Source: Octopus sinensis
Lineage: Eukaryota
Length of the DNA stretch: 64,000 nucleotides
Direction of reading: 5' to 3'
Assembly (NCBI RefSeq): GCF_006345805.1
Contig: NC_043005.1
Location: 109,554,001 to 109,618,000 of the forward strand
The notes below the pieces were generated by a model. The model was not told where the DNA came from. It searched no databases and saw only the letters and a list, made by a program, of their open reading frames with translations. This document shows positions 52,251 through 64,000 of this stretch, one piece after another; position 1 is the stretch's first letter, and each line of letters starts with the position of its first letter. Position numbers and translations under genes: made by a program.

Positions 52251-52974
52251 AAAATTACAGCTATTAATAATCTAAAGGAAGTATGGAGCCAAAGCAAAAT
52301 ATGGTCCCCTCACTACATTGTGATTTTAAAATGGGATGGTCATAGTAGAATTACTAGATCAAATGTGAATTTTCATTATAGTAGAATTTCTAGACCAAAT
52401 TGACCTGTAGCTAGACTATAACAACTGGTTGTTGACAAGTGTACGCTCTGCTGTAACCTGATCAAAAACATACAGTACATACACATTCTCTCTCTATCTC
52501 TCGCACATACCCAGAAGCACACACACACACATGCACACACACACACAAACACAAACACACACACACATACAAACACAAACACACACACACGCACATACTT
52601 TCAAATCTATTTGTGAAAAGATTTGTTCTCTGAAATTCCATAAGAATATTTCTTCCTTAGAGTCAAAACTCCGAGGAAAGGCCAACTGTGCAATAATCAT
52701 TTTGTGAGAATTGGTCTCATGTATGAATTGCTGAATAATGTGATGTGAGGTGCTCTTACTTAAAATACACAATGTATATGCTTACAAACATACATACATA
52801 TATATATACATGTGTTTTTGTGCCTATGCATGTGACAACCATTAGGTTTGAGACTCAGTCCCGCAATTCAAGATATTGGACTTGTACTTTGGCCCCTGGT
52901 CTACCAAACCTTTATGAGTAGATTTGGTATATGGAAACTGAATGACATCCATCATATAAATATATATATATATA

Positions 52975-53155
52975 AAGTTAATCCAAACAAGAAAGCACAA
53001 AAAAACACAACACGAGGACGTGGAACAAATATAGTATTATTGGATGCTCAGGAAAGAAGGAAACAAGGAGGGTTTAATGTTTTGAGTAAAGCTCTTCGTC
53101 GGAAACGTAGGAGAAGGAAAGATCCAGAGAAGGGAAGACAGAGGAAAAGAAAAAT
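52975..53155 (-). mobile_element. Family F PLE-terminus-like element (degenerate hammerhead)
   Basis: Homologous to 19180-19400; minus strand GUUU-CCGACGA-AGAGCUUUACUC-AAAACAUU-AAAC. Confidence 0.7.
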
Positions 53156-54639
53156 GTATGCATCTAAGCATGTGTTTGTGTGTGTTTTTGTTGACTAGTC
53201 TTCATATTATTTGCTAATTGTAAACAAATGCCACTATTGTATAAGTGGTGTAATTAATATATAATCTACCTTGAGAATATAACTATCTGTTGTACTGTTA
53301 ATGACTAAAGTACTCGGGTAATATTACTTTTCTTGAAAAATTGTAAGGGTAGGTGACAGGAAGAGCATCTCAGGAAAGCCATAGGAAATTTGCCTTCACC
53401 AAATTTGTCTGACCCATGCAATCATGGAAAAGCAGATAGTAAAACTGTTGTCCAACACACACACACACACATTTACATACGTACATACATACATACATGC
53501 ATACATACATACATACACACATACATACATACATGCATGCATGCATGCATACATACATATACATACATACATACATACATACACATACATACATACACAT
53601 ACATACATACATACATACATACATACATACATACACACACACATACATACATACATATGTACGTATGTACATACATACATGCATACATGCATACATACAT
53701 ACATACATACATATATACATACATACATACATACATATATACATACATACATGCATACATATTCACACTCAACCAAGATTTTTTTTTCAGAAATAAATAT
53801 ATTGCTTCAAATTACATTTCATCAAAATTTTCTTTAATATTGCAATATATTTTCTTATATAAAATTTGATTATTTTAAAAATAATGTAAGACCTTGTAAT
53901 TCCTTTGGATAAATTCCATATTAAAATGCAAACCTTGCTTGTTTATATATTTAGCTTTATTTCATTTGTCAATTTTGGCAATATTGCATTTATTGATGGC
54001 TTACATATACACAAATAAATATATACATACATACATACAGATGCAGAAACATACACAAATACAAAGTCGTATTTACATACATACATACATACATACACAA
54101 ACACACATGCATATATAGATATGTACACAGCAAAAACGAAAGAAAGAGAGAGAGAGGGGGAGGGAGGGAAGTGCGTGTCATACATATGTATGAGCAAAAA
54201 TATTTTCAAACATAACCAAGTAAACGAGTGTATTTGTATGTGTAACTTTATACCTAAAATTATACATTCATATTCATACAAATATATAGTCTACAGGCTT
54301 ACACAAGAATACAACACTGTTATGCATAGGTATGTGTGTGTATCTATATATGCATGTATGTGTATGCATATATGTATATATTTGTGTATATATACATATA
54401 AATATTATTATTATTATTATCATTATTATAAGTAGTAGTAGTAGTAGTAGTAATGTATTTAAGAAATAGCATACTCTATGCATGCTAATGAAATTTCAAG
54501 CAGAGAAATCTAATCTGCTGCATTGCCGAAAGTTATGGACTGGAATATATATACATATATATATACATATACATACATATATATATATATTTACTGTGAC
54601 ACTGTAGATGAAGTTATTGTCTGCAGACAGTTCTAGCAA

Positions 54640-54743
54640 TGTCATCATCATCATCATCAACATCAACAATCTCATCATCATCGTCGTCATCATCATCATC
54701 ATCATCACCACCACCACCACCACCATCATCATCATTATCATCG

Positions 54744-54785
<42 letters not shown>

Positions 54786-54800
54786 CCATCATCACCACAT
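54640..54800. repeat. (CAT)n/(CAC)n microsatellite
   Basis: Direct reading. Confidence 0.95.
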
Positions 54801-55215
54801 GCAGCACACCTCCACTGCCACTGTTGGTACCAGTGATGCTGTCATGGTCGTTGCATTAGTTGCCATCATCATCATCGTCATGTTTTTCGCTTTTATTGCA
54901 TTCTGTGTTCAAAACATACTGAGGTCATCTTTACTTAACATCCTTCTGGTGGGTGGGGTGGGAGTTGGTTGTGGGGGGTCTACAAAATAAGGTACACACT
55001 GAGGTCAATTCCATCAGTTATGGGGGCTTGAAGTAACCGACTACCTGTTTGCACCAAAATCTTTATCTTCCTGCTTATGTTTCAAACTAGTGAGGTTCCT
55101 TGGTTGCCCTGGGGCCTCAGTCCCCACCTATACCAAATTTATTCACTATCAGCGGTTATTGTTTTTATTGTTTACATATGTATTCTTTTATCCTTTTATT
55201 CTTTTACTTTATTTT

Positions 55216-55511
55216 GTTTTAAGCTTAGTACTTATTCTATCAGTCTCTTTTGTTGAACCACTAAGTTACAGGGATGTAGACGCACCAACACCAGTTGTGA
55301 AGCAGTGATGTGGGGACAAACATAGACACAAAGACATACACACACAACACACACACACACACATACAATCGGCTTCTCTCAGTTTCCATCTACCAAATCC
55401 ACTCACAAGGCTTTGGTCAGCCCATGGCTATAGTAGAAGACACTTGCTTAAGGTGTCACAGAGTGGGAGAGAACCCAGGGAAGCAAGCTTCTTACCACAC
55501 AGCCATGCCTG
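55216..55511 (-). mobile_element. SINE family A, degenerate
   Basis: Reverse complement of family A. Confidence 0.8.
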
Positions 55512-55610
55512 CATCTATCTTAGATAAATCCCCACCATTTTTTAATATTTTTATTGTCATAAATATCAATTTGTCAGCCCCTGTGGCTAATAAAGTATTA
55601 TCATTATTAC

Positions 55611-55649
<39 letters not shown>

Positions 55650-55654
55650 CATTA

Positions 55655-56389
55655 AGATTTTCATCAAAATCTTTGAAAAGTTTTTCAAAATTTTCACCAA
55701 AATCTTTGAAAAAATTTTCCAAAGTTTTCACCAAAATTTTCATCTTTCATCAAAATTTTTAAAAGCTTTTCCAAAAATTTTCATCAAAATTTTTTAAAAG
55801 TTTTTCAAAATTTTGGTCAAAATTTTTGAAAAGTTTTTCAAAATTTTCATCAAAAACATCAAAATGTTCGAAATGTTTTTTCCAAAATTTTTGAAATGTC
55901 TTTCAAAATTTTTATCAAAATCTTTGAAAAGTTTTTCCAAAATTTTCACCAAAAGTTTTGAAATTTTTTTCAAGATTTTCACTGAAATCTTTGAAAAGTT
56001 TTTCAAAATTTTCATCAAATGTTTGAAAAGTTTTTCCAAAATTTGTACCAAAATTTTTGAAATGTTTTTCAAAATTTTCATCAAAATTTTTGAAAAGTTT
56101 TTCAAAATTTTTCAAAAACATCAAAATGTTCGAAATGTTTTTTCCAAAATTTTTGAAATGTCTTTCAAAATTTTTATCAAAATCTTTGAAAAGTTTTTCC
56201 AAAATTTTCACCAAAAGTTTTGAAAATTTTTTTTCAAGATTTTCACTGAAATCTTTGAAAAGGTTTTCCAAAATTTTCATCAAAATGTTTGAAAAGTTTT
56301 TCCAAAATTTGTACCAAAATTTTTGAAATGTTTTTCAAAATTTTCATCAAAATTTTTGAAAATTTTTCCAAAATTTTCAGCAAAATCTT
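55655..56389. repeat. A/T-tract satellite, ~11-bp / ~33-bp units with a 262-bp higher-order repeat
   Basis: Units such as TTTTCATCAAAA, TCTTTGAAAAG and TTTTTCAAAA; marker AAAATGTTCG at 55861 and 56123. Confidence 0.9.
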
Positions 56390-57371
56390 TGGCATCACGA
56401 ATTCAAACGTGGTCGGATATCGATGGAAACTGCTCCTCTTCCTGGACAATCACATTCCACTACTGCTGATGTCACCATCCATAAAGTGGAAGCCATCGTT
56501 TTGGAACATCGATGTATCACTATTCAGCAACAAGTTCAAGAAATGAAGATAAGTGTAGGCTCTGTGGAAAAAATCATTCATGACCATTTGCACATGTGGA
56601 AGTTGTCTGCACAAGGAATTTTCTGGATACTCACATCTTTTCAGAAGCAGGAACAAGTCAATTGTTCCTAGGCTCTTTTGGTAATGTGCCAAGAAAATGA
56701 GGACTTTTTTGGTAGACTTATCACACAGGACAAAAGATGGTTTCATCTCTATGATCCTGAGTTCAATCGAAGCAATGGAATGATAATAACTTACCACCTC
56801 CAATGAAGGTTTGTGACCAACCCTCTGCAGGCAAGGTGATGCTCACAGTCTTTTGGCACCAGCACAAAGTAGTGATGACGGATTTTCTAGCGAAGGACAC
56901 CACAATTAACAGGGCATGTTATGCTTCTTTGTTGCAGAAATTGTAGGACACCATCAAAGCAGAGAGGTGTGGCATACTGACCAAAAGAATTTGCCTCCTC
57001 CAAGACAATGCCCCAGTTCACAATGTGCATGTTGCCCAGAAGAATGCACACTCCTGCGGCTATAAAATCATTCCTCAACCCCCTTACTCTCCTGACCTCA
57101 AACCATCTGACTTACACCTCTTCCAACCAAGTCTTTTTTGAAGGGGAAGCAATTTTCAGATGATGAACTTATTTTCAAGTTAAAGTCTTGGTTCCAGACA
57201 TGACCTACTGACTTCTACAGATGAGGTCTTCACATCTGTATAAAGCAATGGGAGAAATGTGTCACCATTTTTAGTGGCTATGTAGAGAAGGACTAATAAT
57301 CATGCCAAGTTTCGTTTATCCCAGTCCTTGGGAAGTGGGCCCAAGGAAATCTTTAATGAACATGCCTCATA
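56390..57371 (+). mobile_element. Decayed mariner (D,D34D) transposon, 5' end missing
   Basis: WHHEFKRGR..ETAP.PG, LITQDKRWFHLYDPE, and QDNAPVH...PPYSPDLKPSD with 34 residues between the last two catalytic Asp. Confidence 0.9.
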
Positions 57372-57659
57372 TGCCTAGCAGCTGTTATCAAGTATGGGAT
57401 GGATGCAACTGTCAGTAGAACCTACAGTGACACTTGAATCACATTCTTTGATAGGAAAGAACTACTTAGGGTGGTTATTGTAAAGGAAATTGAATGACAG
57501 TTGTAGTTTAAAGGTTTGCTCTAATCCTCATCCATGCCTTCATCTACCACTGAGAAGGAAAGTGAAAGTAAGAAGCAAGGTGCTACTCACAGGTAAATCT
57601 TATGAAAGGGGGATGACGAAAATTGCATGGCTAAATGGACCCATATTAATTATTACTTT

Positions 57660-58280
57660 TCATCTTGTTTCTGCTGTTGTTGTCTTGTTGCTACTTCTGT
57701 CATTGGTCTTGTTGTTGTTACATTGTTGTTGTTGCTGTTATTAATATCCCTGCTGTTGTGCAGTTACTGCTATCGATGTTGTTGTTTACTGTTATTATTT
57801 GCTATTTTTGTTATTTTTGTTGCTACTATAATTGTTGTTGTTGTGTTGTTGTTGTTACTGCTACTGCTGCTATTTGTTAGATTGGTATCGTTGGCATCAC
57901 TGTTGTTGCTATCGCAGTGGTTGCTATAGTTGCTTTTGTTGTTGCTATTCTTGTCGCCGTCGTTCAGATTTCCGCTGTGTTGTTGCTATTGTTATTGTTG
58001 TTGCTATTGTTATTGTTGTTGCTATTGTTATTGTTGTTGCCGTCGTTTTTGTTGTTGCTATTGTTATTGTCGCCGTTCAGATTTCCGCTGTGTTGTTGCT
58101 ATTGTTTTTGTTGTTGCTATTATTTGTAATTTCCTTAATGCCTACATTACAATCACTGTTTTACTATTTATTGATGTTTAATATTTTTCATGTTGCATTA
58201 TTTCCACTACACTGGCGGTCTCAGTTGTCATTATTGTTATTGCTGTTGTCATTGACATTGCTATTGCTGCCTCAGCCGTC
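57660..58280. repeat. Degenerate (GTT/GCT/ATT)n tract with a duplicated 36-bp motif
   Basis: CGTTCAGATTTCCGCTGTGTTGTTGCTATTG occurs at ~57961 and ~58074. Confidence 0.85.
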
Positions 58281-58919
58281 GTCATCATTTCATTCAATTC
58301 TATGTGACATGAGACGGACTGTGTCGAGGCTAGACAAGCAGAGACACAGATGAGCTTGTAGCCAAAAGACATGATATCCGTGATATCACATGTTGTTTGT
58401 GTTATGATAACCACTGGGAATTGCTTTTCTTCATCCTTTATGTATATAGAAAGATGAGAAAGTCAACATAAGACACATTTCTCTTTGGCTTTCTCTTTTA
58501 TCTTTTATTATTTCTTTGCTTTTATTTACTATGTTTTCTTTTTCTACAAGACAGATTTAGTTTTACAGTTCTACAACTCTACATTCTCAATAAACTGGCC
58601 TTTGGCAAACTTTGTTAGAAAGCTGAGACCAGCTTCTCATACTTTTGTACTATAGTTGTTTAATGTTATTGTTGTTGTTGTTGCTCTTGTCATCATTGCT
58701 GTTGTTGCTGTTGAAACCGATCATTTCCTCCTCCTCCTCCTCCTGCTTGGTGTTGTTGTTTGTGGCTGTTGTTGTTGTTAGTTATTGATGGAAGTGTATT
58801 CAGCTTCATAAAACTTTAAAACATGGTTTTGTTAATAATAATCTATAACACATTGTTAGACATTGATTAGAAATGTGACTGATGGAATTACAGTAAAATA
58901 TATATACACATATATATAT

Positions 58920-58952
<33 letters not shown>

Positions 58953-59089
58953 GTTAAACTAATGCATTTATTTGTTGTTTACACACTCATCTTCATCTTT
59001 TATTTTTTGTAAATTCTCACTATATACATATATTTTATGTAGATAGATATATACGTATATAATTATATATATATGTATATGCATATTTG

Positions 59090-59248
59090 TTCTTTTATTC
59101 TTTTATTTGTTTCAGTCATTTGACTACTGTCATACTGGAGCACTGCCTTTAGTCAAGCAAATTGCACCCAGGAGTTATTCTTTGTAAAACCGCTAAGTTA
59201 CAGGGATGTAAACATGCCAGCATTCATTGCCAAGCAATGTTTTGGGGA

Positions 59249-59323
<75 letters not shown>

Positions 59324-59478
59324 CGGGCTTCTTTCAGTTTCCGTCTACCAAATCCATTCACAAGGCTTTGGTCAGCCCGAGGCTATAGTAGAAAGACACT
59401 TGCCCAAGGTGCCACACAGTGGGACTGAACCTGGAATCATGTGGTTGGTAATCAAGCTACTTACCACGCAGTCACTCG
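59090..59478 (-). mobile_element. SINE family A (internal deletion)
   Basis: Reverse complement of family A. Confidence 0.85.
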
Positions 59479-59484
59479 TGTGCT

Positions 59485-59525
<41 letters not shown>

Positions 59526-59953
59526 TTATATAAATAAGGATAAGATCGTCATTTAAATACTGATCTTATCAGGTGGCCAGCATGGGAATAAAAACCTTCA
59601 AAGTTAATAATTATTATTAAAATTATAATTTAGGGCATCTAAGAGATACCACCACGCTGGAAATAGCAGCCAAAACTTGACTTTAAAACCACATTAAAAG
59701 TTCATACAGCACTATGAGAGAAGCCGAGACAAAATAAACAAACAAAAAAAATTACTGGATAATTCCAGATCCCGGATTTCTGACTTTGTTGTGACAGCAT
59801 CTTTTTCAGGAGCATTGTTTGTTTGCATCAGTTTGAGGGCATTTTTGATTTCACTGATCAGAAGAGGTGCCACCTGTTCCAGCATTTGTGGAGGTGTGGT
59901 TTAAACTTTACTGAGGATTTAAAAAGTTTGGAGGTTTTGCGTATCTCCTCCAT

Positions 59954-59986
<33 letters not shown>

Positions 59987-60406
59987 CTCTTTTACTCTTT
60001 TACTTGTTTCAGTCATTTGACTGCAGCCATGCTGGAGCACCGCCTTTAGTCAAGCAAATCGACCCCGGGACTTATTCTTTGTAAGCCCAGTACTTATTCT
60101 ATCGGTCTCTTTTTGCCGAACCGCTAAGTGACGGGGACGTAAACACACCAGCATCGGTTGTCAAGCAATGCTAGGGAGACAAACCACAGACACACAAACC
60201 ACACACACAACACAGACCATATATATATATATATACATATATACGACAGGCTTCTTTCAGTTTCCATCAACCAAATCCACTAACAAGGCATTGGTCATCC
60301 CGGGGCTATAGCAGAAGACACTTGCCCAAGATGCCAAGCAGTGGGACTGAACCGGGAACCATGTGGGTGGTTAGCAAGCTACTTACCACACAGCCACTCC
60401 TGCGCC
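59987..60406 (-). mobile_element. SINE family A, full length
   Basis: Reverse complement of family A. Confidence 0.9.
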
Positions 60407-60481
60407 TATATATATATATATATATACATAAATTATATAATATATATATATATATATATGCATATATATATATATATATAT

Positions 60482-60720
60482 ATAGTTAATCCAAACATTG
60501 AACAAGCAAGAAAAAACAACAATGTGAGGACGTGGAATCAGTACAGTGTTATTGGATGCTCAGGAAAGAAGAAAAAAGAAACATGATTTCACGTTTCGAG
60601 CGGGGCTCTTCATCAGAAATATAGAAAAGATCCAAAGAAGGGAAGACAGAAAGAAATTTGCCAACGATACACACATACACAAGCGGTCAACATTTAAAAT
60701 GACCAGAAGGGAATGGGTGA
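60482..60720 (-). mobile_element. Family F PLE-terminus-like element
   Basis: Abuts (TA)n; homologous to 19180-19400. Confidence 0.7.
60586..60620 (-). ncRNA. Minimal hammerhead motif with canonical core
   Basis: AUUU-CUGAUGA-A-GAGC(CCC)GCUC-GAAA-CG-UG-AAAU; position 17 is G, so probably non-cleaving. Confidence 0.65.
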
Positions 60721-60969
60721 AGAAAAAGTTCTTTCAAATACAGGAGAGTGCAAGAGAAGGAGATATGTATGTGTATGTCTGTGTATGTGTGCAGGTCTGT
60801 GTGTGTGTAATGATAACACGTGTTTGTGTGTGTATGTGTGTGTGTGGTTGTGGTTGTTTATGTATGTGTGTGGTTGGACTTTAAGGTCTTTGTGCCTTTA
60901 AGGTCATAGAAAGAATTTATAATAAGAATTTCAGTAGGAGTGGCTGTCTGTTGTGTGTCTACCAACACA

Positions 60970-61140
60970 AGAAATAGTAGTATGACAAGGCACCGATGTA
61001 TGCTGGTAATAGCAGTTGATAACAATACAACGCTATGTAAAGCTTTACTGAAATATATATTGTGAAGCTTTATAAAGCGTCATATTGTCATTGATTGCTA
61101 TTTCCACCAAACATTGGTGCCTTGTCATAGCACTATTTCT
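60970..61140. repeat. Imperfect ~170-bp palindrome (MITE-like)
   Basis: AGAAATAGTAGTATGACAAGGCACCGATGT... / ...ACATTGGTGCCTTGTCATAGCACTATTTCT. Confidence 0.8.
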
Positions 61141-61714
61141 CATTTATAATTCTACCCATACAGTGCTTTATTTGACTGGAAAGTAATACTATTGTATGGC
61201 AATGATATTTAAAATCTTATATCACTCACCCATGTATGTGCTATATGCATACATATATATTCCCTTATTCTCTAACTTGTTGCAGTCATTTGACTGTGGC
61301 CATGCTGGAGCATGGTTGAACAAATTGACCCCAGAACTTATTTCTTAAGCCAAGTACTTATTCTATCAGTCTCTTTTGCTGAATCAATAAGTTACAGGGA
61401 CATAAACACACCAGCACTGGCTATCAAGCAGTGATGGGGCCAAACAAGGCACAAAGACATGCACACACACGCACACAGACACACACACACAGATACACAC
61501 ACACACACAGACACACACACACAGAGACACACACGCACACACGCACACAGACACACACAGACACACACACACACACACACAGACACACACACAGACACAC
61601 ACACGCACACAGACACACACAGACACACACAGACACACACACACAGACACACACACACACACTCATACATACATACATACATACATGCATACATACATAC
61701 ATACATACATACAT

Positions 61715-61749
<35 letters not shown>

Positions 61750-61753
<4 letters not shown>

Positions 61754-62470
61754 GGAGTGGCTATGTGGTAAGAATCTTGCTTCCCAACCACAAGTGTCTT
61801 CTACTATATCCTCAGCTGACCAAAGCCTTGTGAGTGGATTTGGTAGATGGAAATTGAAAGAAGCTGGTTGTATATATATTTTCTAGTTTCTCTCCCTGTT
61901 TATTTCTCTGTTCCTTTCTGTCGAAGAGCAAGGGCTCGAAACATAAAAGACTTTTTCAATTCCTGTGTGTTAAACTAATACATCTGTTTGTTGTTTACAC
62001 ACCTGTCTTTGTCTTTTGTTTTTTTTTTGTAAATTCTTACTATATATATGTGTGTGTGTAGGGGAAGAATTCACAAAAAAAAGATGAAGACAGTTGTGTA
62101 AACAACAAACAGATGTATTAGTTTAACACACAGGAAGTGAGAAAGTCTTTTATATTTCGAGCCTATGCTCTTTGACAGACAGGAACACAAAGAAATAAGA
62201 AAAGAAAAGAAAGAGAGAAAATAAAGAATGTGTAGTGGCTAGTGATCTATGTATGTATATATATATATATAAATGTATGTATTTGTGTCTCTGTTGGTGT
62301 GTTTATGTCACCCGTTACTTAGCAGTTTGACAATAGAGACCAATAGAATAAGTATTAGAATAAATACTAGGCTTACAAAGAATAAGTCCTGGGATCGAAT
62401 TGTTGAACTAAAAGGTGCTGCTCCATCATGGCCACAGTCAAATGACTGAAACAAATAAAAGAATAAGAGA
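61750..62470 (+). mobile_element. SINE family A split by an inverted PLE-terminus pair
   Basis: 5' half 61750-61870, 3' half ~62280-62470. Confidence 0.8.
61880..62250. mobile_element. Tail-to-tail inverted pair of hammerhead-bearing elements
   Basis: ~61900-62040 is the reverse complement of ~62065-62200; plus arm CUUU-CUGUCGA-A-GAGC(AAGG)GCUC-GAAA-CA-UA-AAAG at 61914-61949; tail remnant also at ~58953-59030. Confidence 0.75.
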
Positions 62471-62477
62471 GTATATA

Positions 62478-62516
<39 letters not shown>

Positions 62517-63441
62517 TTGTGTGCAATGTAAATATGATACATGTATGACACTGTGAATACCACACTTCAAAATTCTTCAGTTTTCGAACTGACTCTTAGA
62601 ACAACTTCACAAATATCCAATAGATACAAGGAGTATATATTATCTGCGCTAGCTTTACAATACTTACCCACATTGTACAGTATTTATTCCTTCTCCACAA
62701 AACCTACCCTTATACTGAGTACCAGCTCAATCCATTCTTCTATGTTTTGTATGAAGCTTCTTTTTTTTTTATATAAGTTCCCAATAAGTAAAAATACAGA
62801 TATTGATTAGTTAATGAAATTATGTATATGTGCTTGAGTGTATGTATATATGCCTGTGTACACAAATATATCTGCATATGTGCATCACACATACACACAC
62901 ACTCATACACATAACACACATGCACGCTTTAATCCTCGTGCTTACATAGTATACGTATATTATTTGAACATAAGAAACACAAGAAGTGTGTTGTTTTGCC
63001 AATGAGGGACAAGAGCAAGGATGAGGGAAAGAAAGAGAGAGAAAGACGGAGAGGGAGAGAGAAAGAGAAAAAGAAAGAAAGAAAGAAGGAAAGAAAGAGA
63101 AATACCTTAGAAATAGAATTAAAATATCAAAACTAATGAAAAATAATGTATATATCATAATCTAACAGGAAATAAAAATGAAGAATAAAAAAACTTTCAA
63201 CTCAATTTTTACATCATTTTTCTTCTTATTCAAAGGGAAAAAAAATAATTCTGGCAATTATTTCCTTTATTTTTTTTCCAGTTATTATATTATATTTACC
63301 CATAAGATATGTATGTACTCTCATAATGTGTATATTTTCATACATGTGTAAATGCCTATGCGGGTGAGTGTATGTATAACTACTTATTTTGTGGATATGT
63401 GTATATATATATATATGTGTGTATAAGAGAGAAAATGACAG

Positions 63442-63497
<56 letters not shown>

Positions 63498-64000
63498 TGT
63501 TACATATATATGGATGTGTGTGTATGTGTGTTGGTGTAGATTATATATACACACATATATATATGTGTATGTGTGTGTATGCCAGCATGGAAAGCGGATG
63601 TTAAATGATGATGATGATGATGATATATAAATATGTATAACATATATATATACACACACTTCAAACACACATATACATATTTACATTTACATACACCCTA
63701 AAAGAAAGGAGTTTTCAAAGTAAGAGAAATAAGAAAAAGAAGGAAAGGAAGATTTTGTAAAATGAAGTGAAAAGGGGGGGGTGAGAAAGGGGAGGGGAGA
63801 GAAATCGAAGCGTGACAGCAGCGGAACTGAAGAAGGAGGTGTACAAATAAAAAAAGAGACTAAGCAGAATGGTAACAAACAACTGTTTGAATGCCCCATG
63901 GTGGGATCGAATAGATTTAATATCATTTTTTTTTGCGTATGTTTCCTTTTATTTTATATTTACCATTATTTTGTAATTTGTTAAGAGAGAAATATTGAAA

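Noticed and set aside
54951-54978. G-quadruplex-capable GGG tracts
   Set aside because: One 10-nt loop, isolated, no functional context.
55655-56389. CRISPR-like array
   Set aside because: No unique spacers, degenerate units, eukaryotic context, no cas genes.
55492-56546. Amphipathic K/F/I/L repeat ORFs on both strands
   Set aside because: By-product of the 11/33-bp A/T satellite; open in many frames on both strands.
59765-59812. Minus-strand CUGAAAA...GAAAUCCGGGAUC motif
   Set aside because: Poor stems I and II; possible dead ribozyme of another PLE terminus (59520-59810), not supportable.

Overview
AT-rich, microsatellite-saturated eukaryotic non-coding DNA. The SINE/LINE repertoire looks like a coleoid cephalopod, most likely Octopus (inference from recognised repeat types, not checked by search). 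No intact protein-coding gene is supported. Nearly all listed ORFs are translations of (TA)n/(CA)n/(TACA)n/(GA)n/trinucleotide tracts, of SINEs, or of dead transposons. The window holds many tRNA-type SINEs of four families; 3' fragments of RTE, CR1, L1/Tx1 and RLE-type LINEs; decayed mariner (x2), Tc1/maT-like and pogo transposases; hAT and piggyBac-type MITEs with TIRs/TSDs; and Penelope-like (PLE) RT and GIY-YIG remnants. The most interesting signal is a set of about six unrelated short elements, mostly abutting (TA)n or other AT-rich tracts and often arranged as inverted pairs. Each carries a minimal type I hammerhead-ribozyme fold with a palindromic stem III. Across families the core 3-8 pair appears as C-G, U-A and G-C, and U4C and A6U variants also occur. 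Other features are a 1.34 kb near-spacerless fold-back palindrome, a ~11-bp phased A/T-tract satellite fused to a mariner, and two local duplications that may be assembly artefacts.
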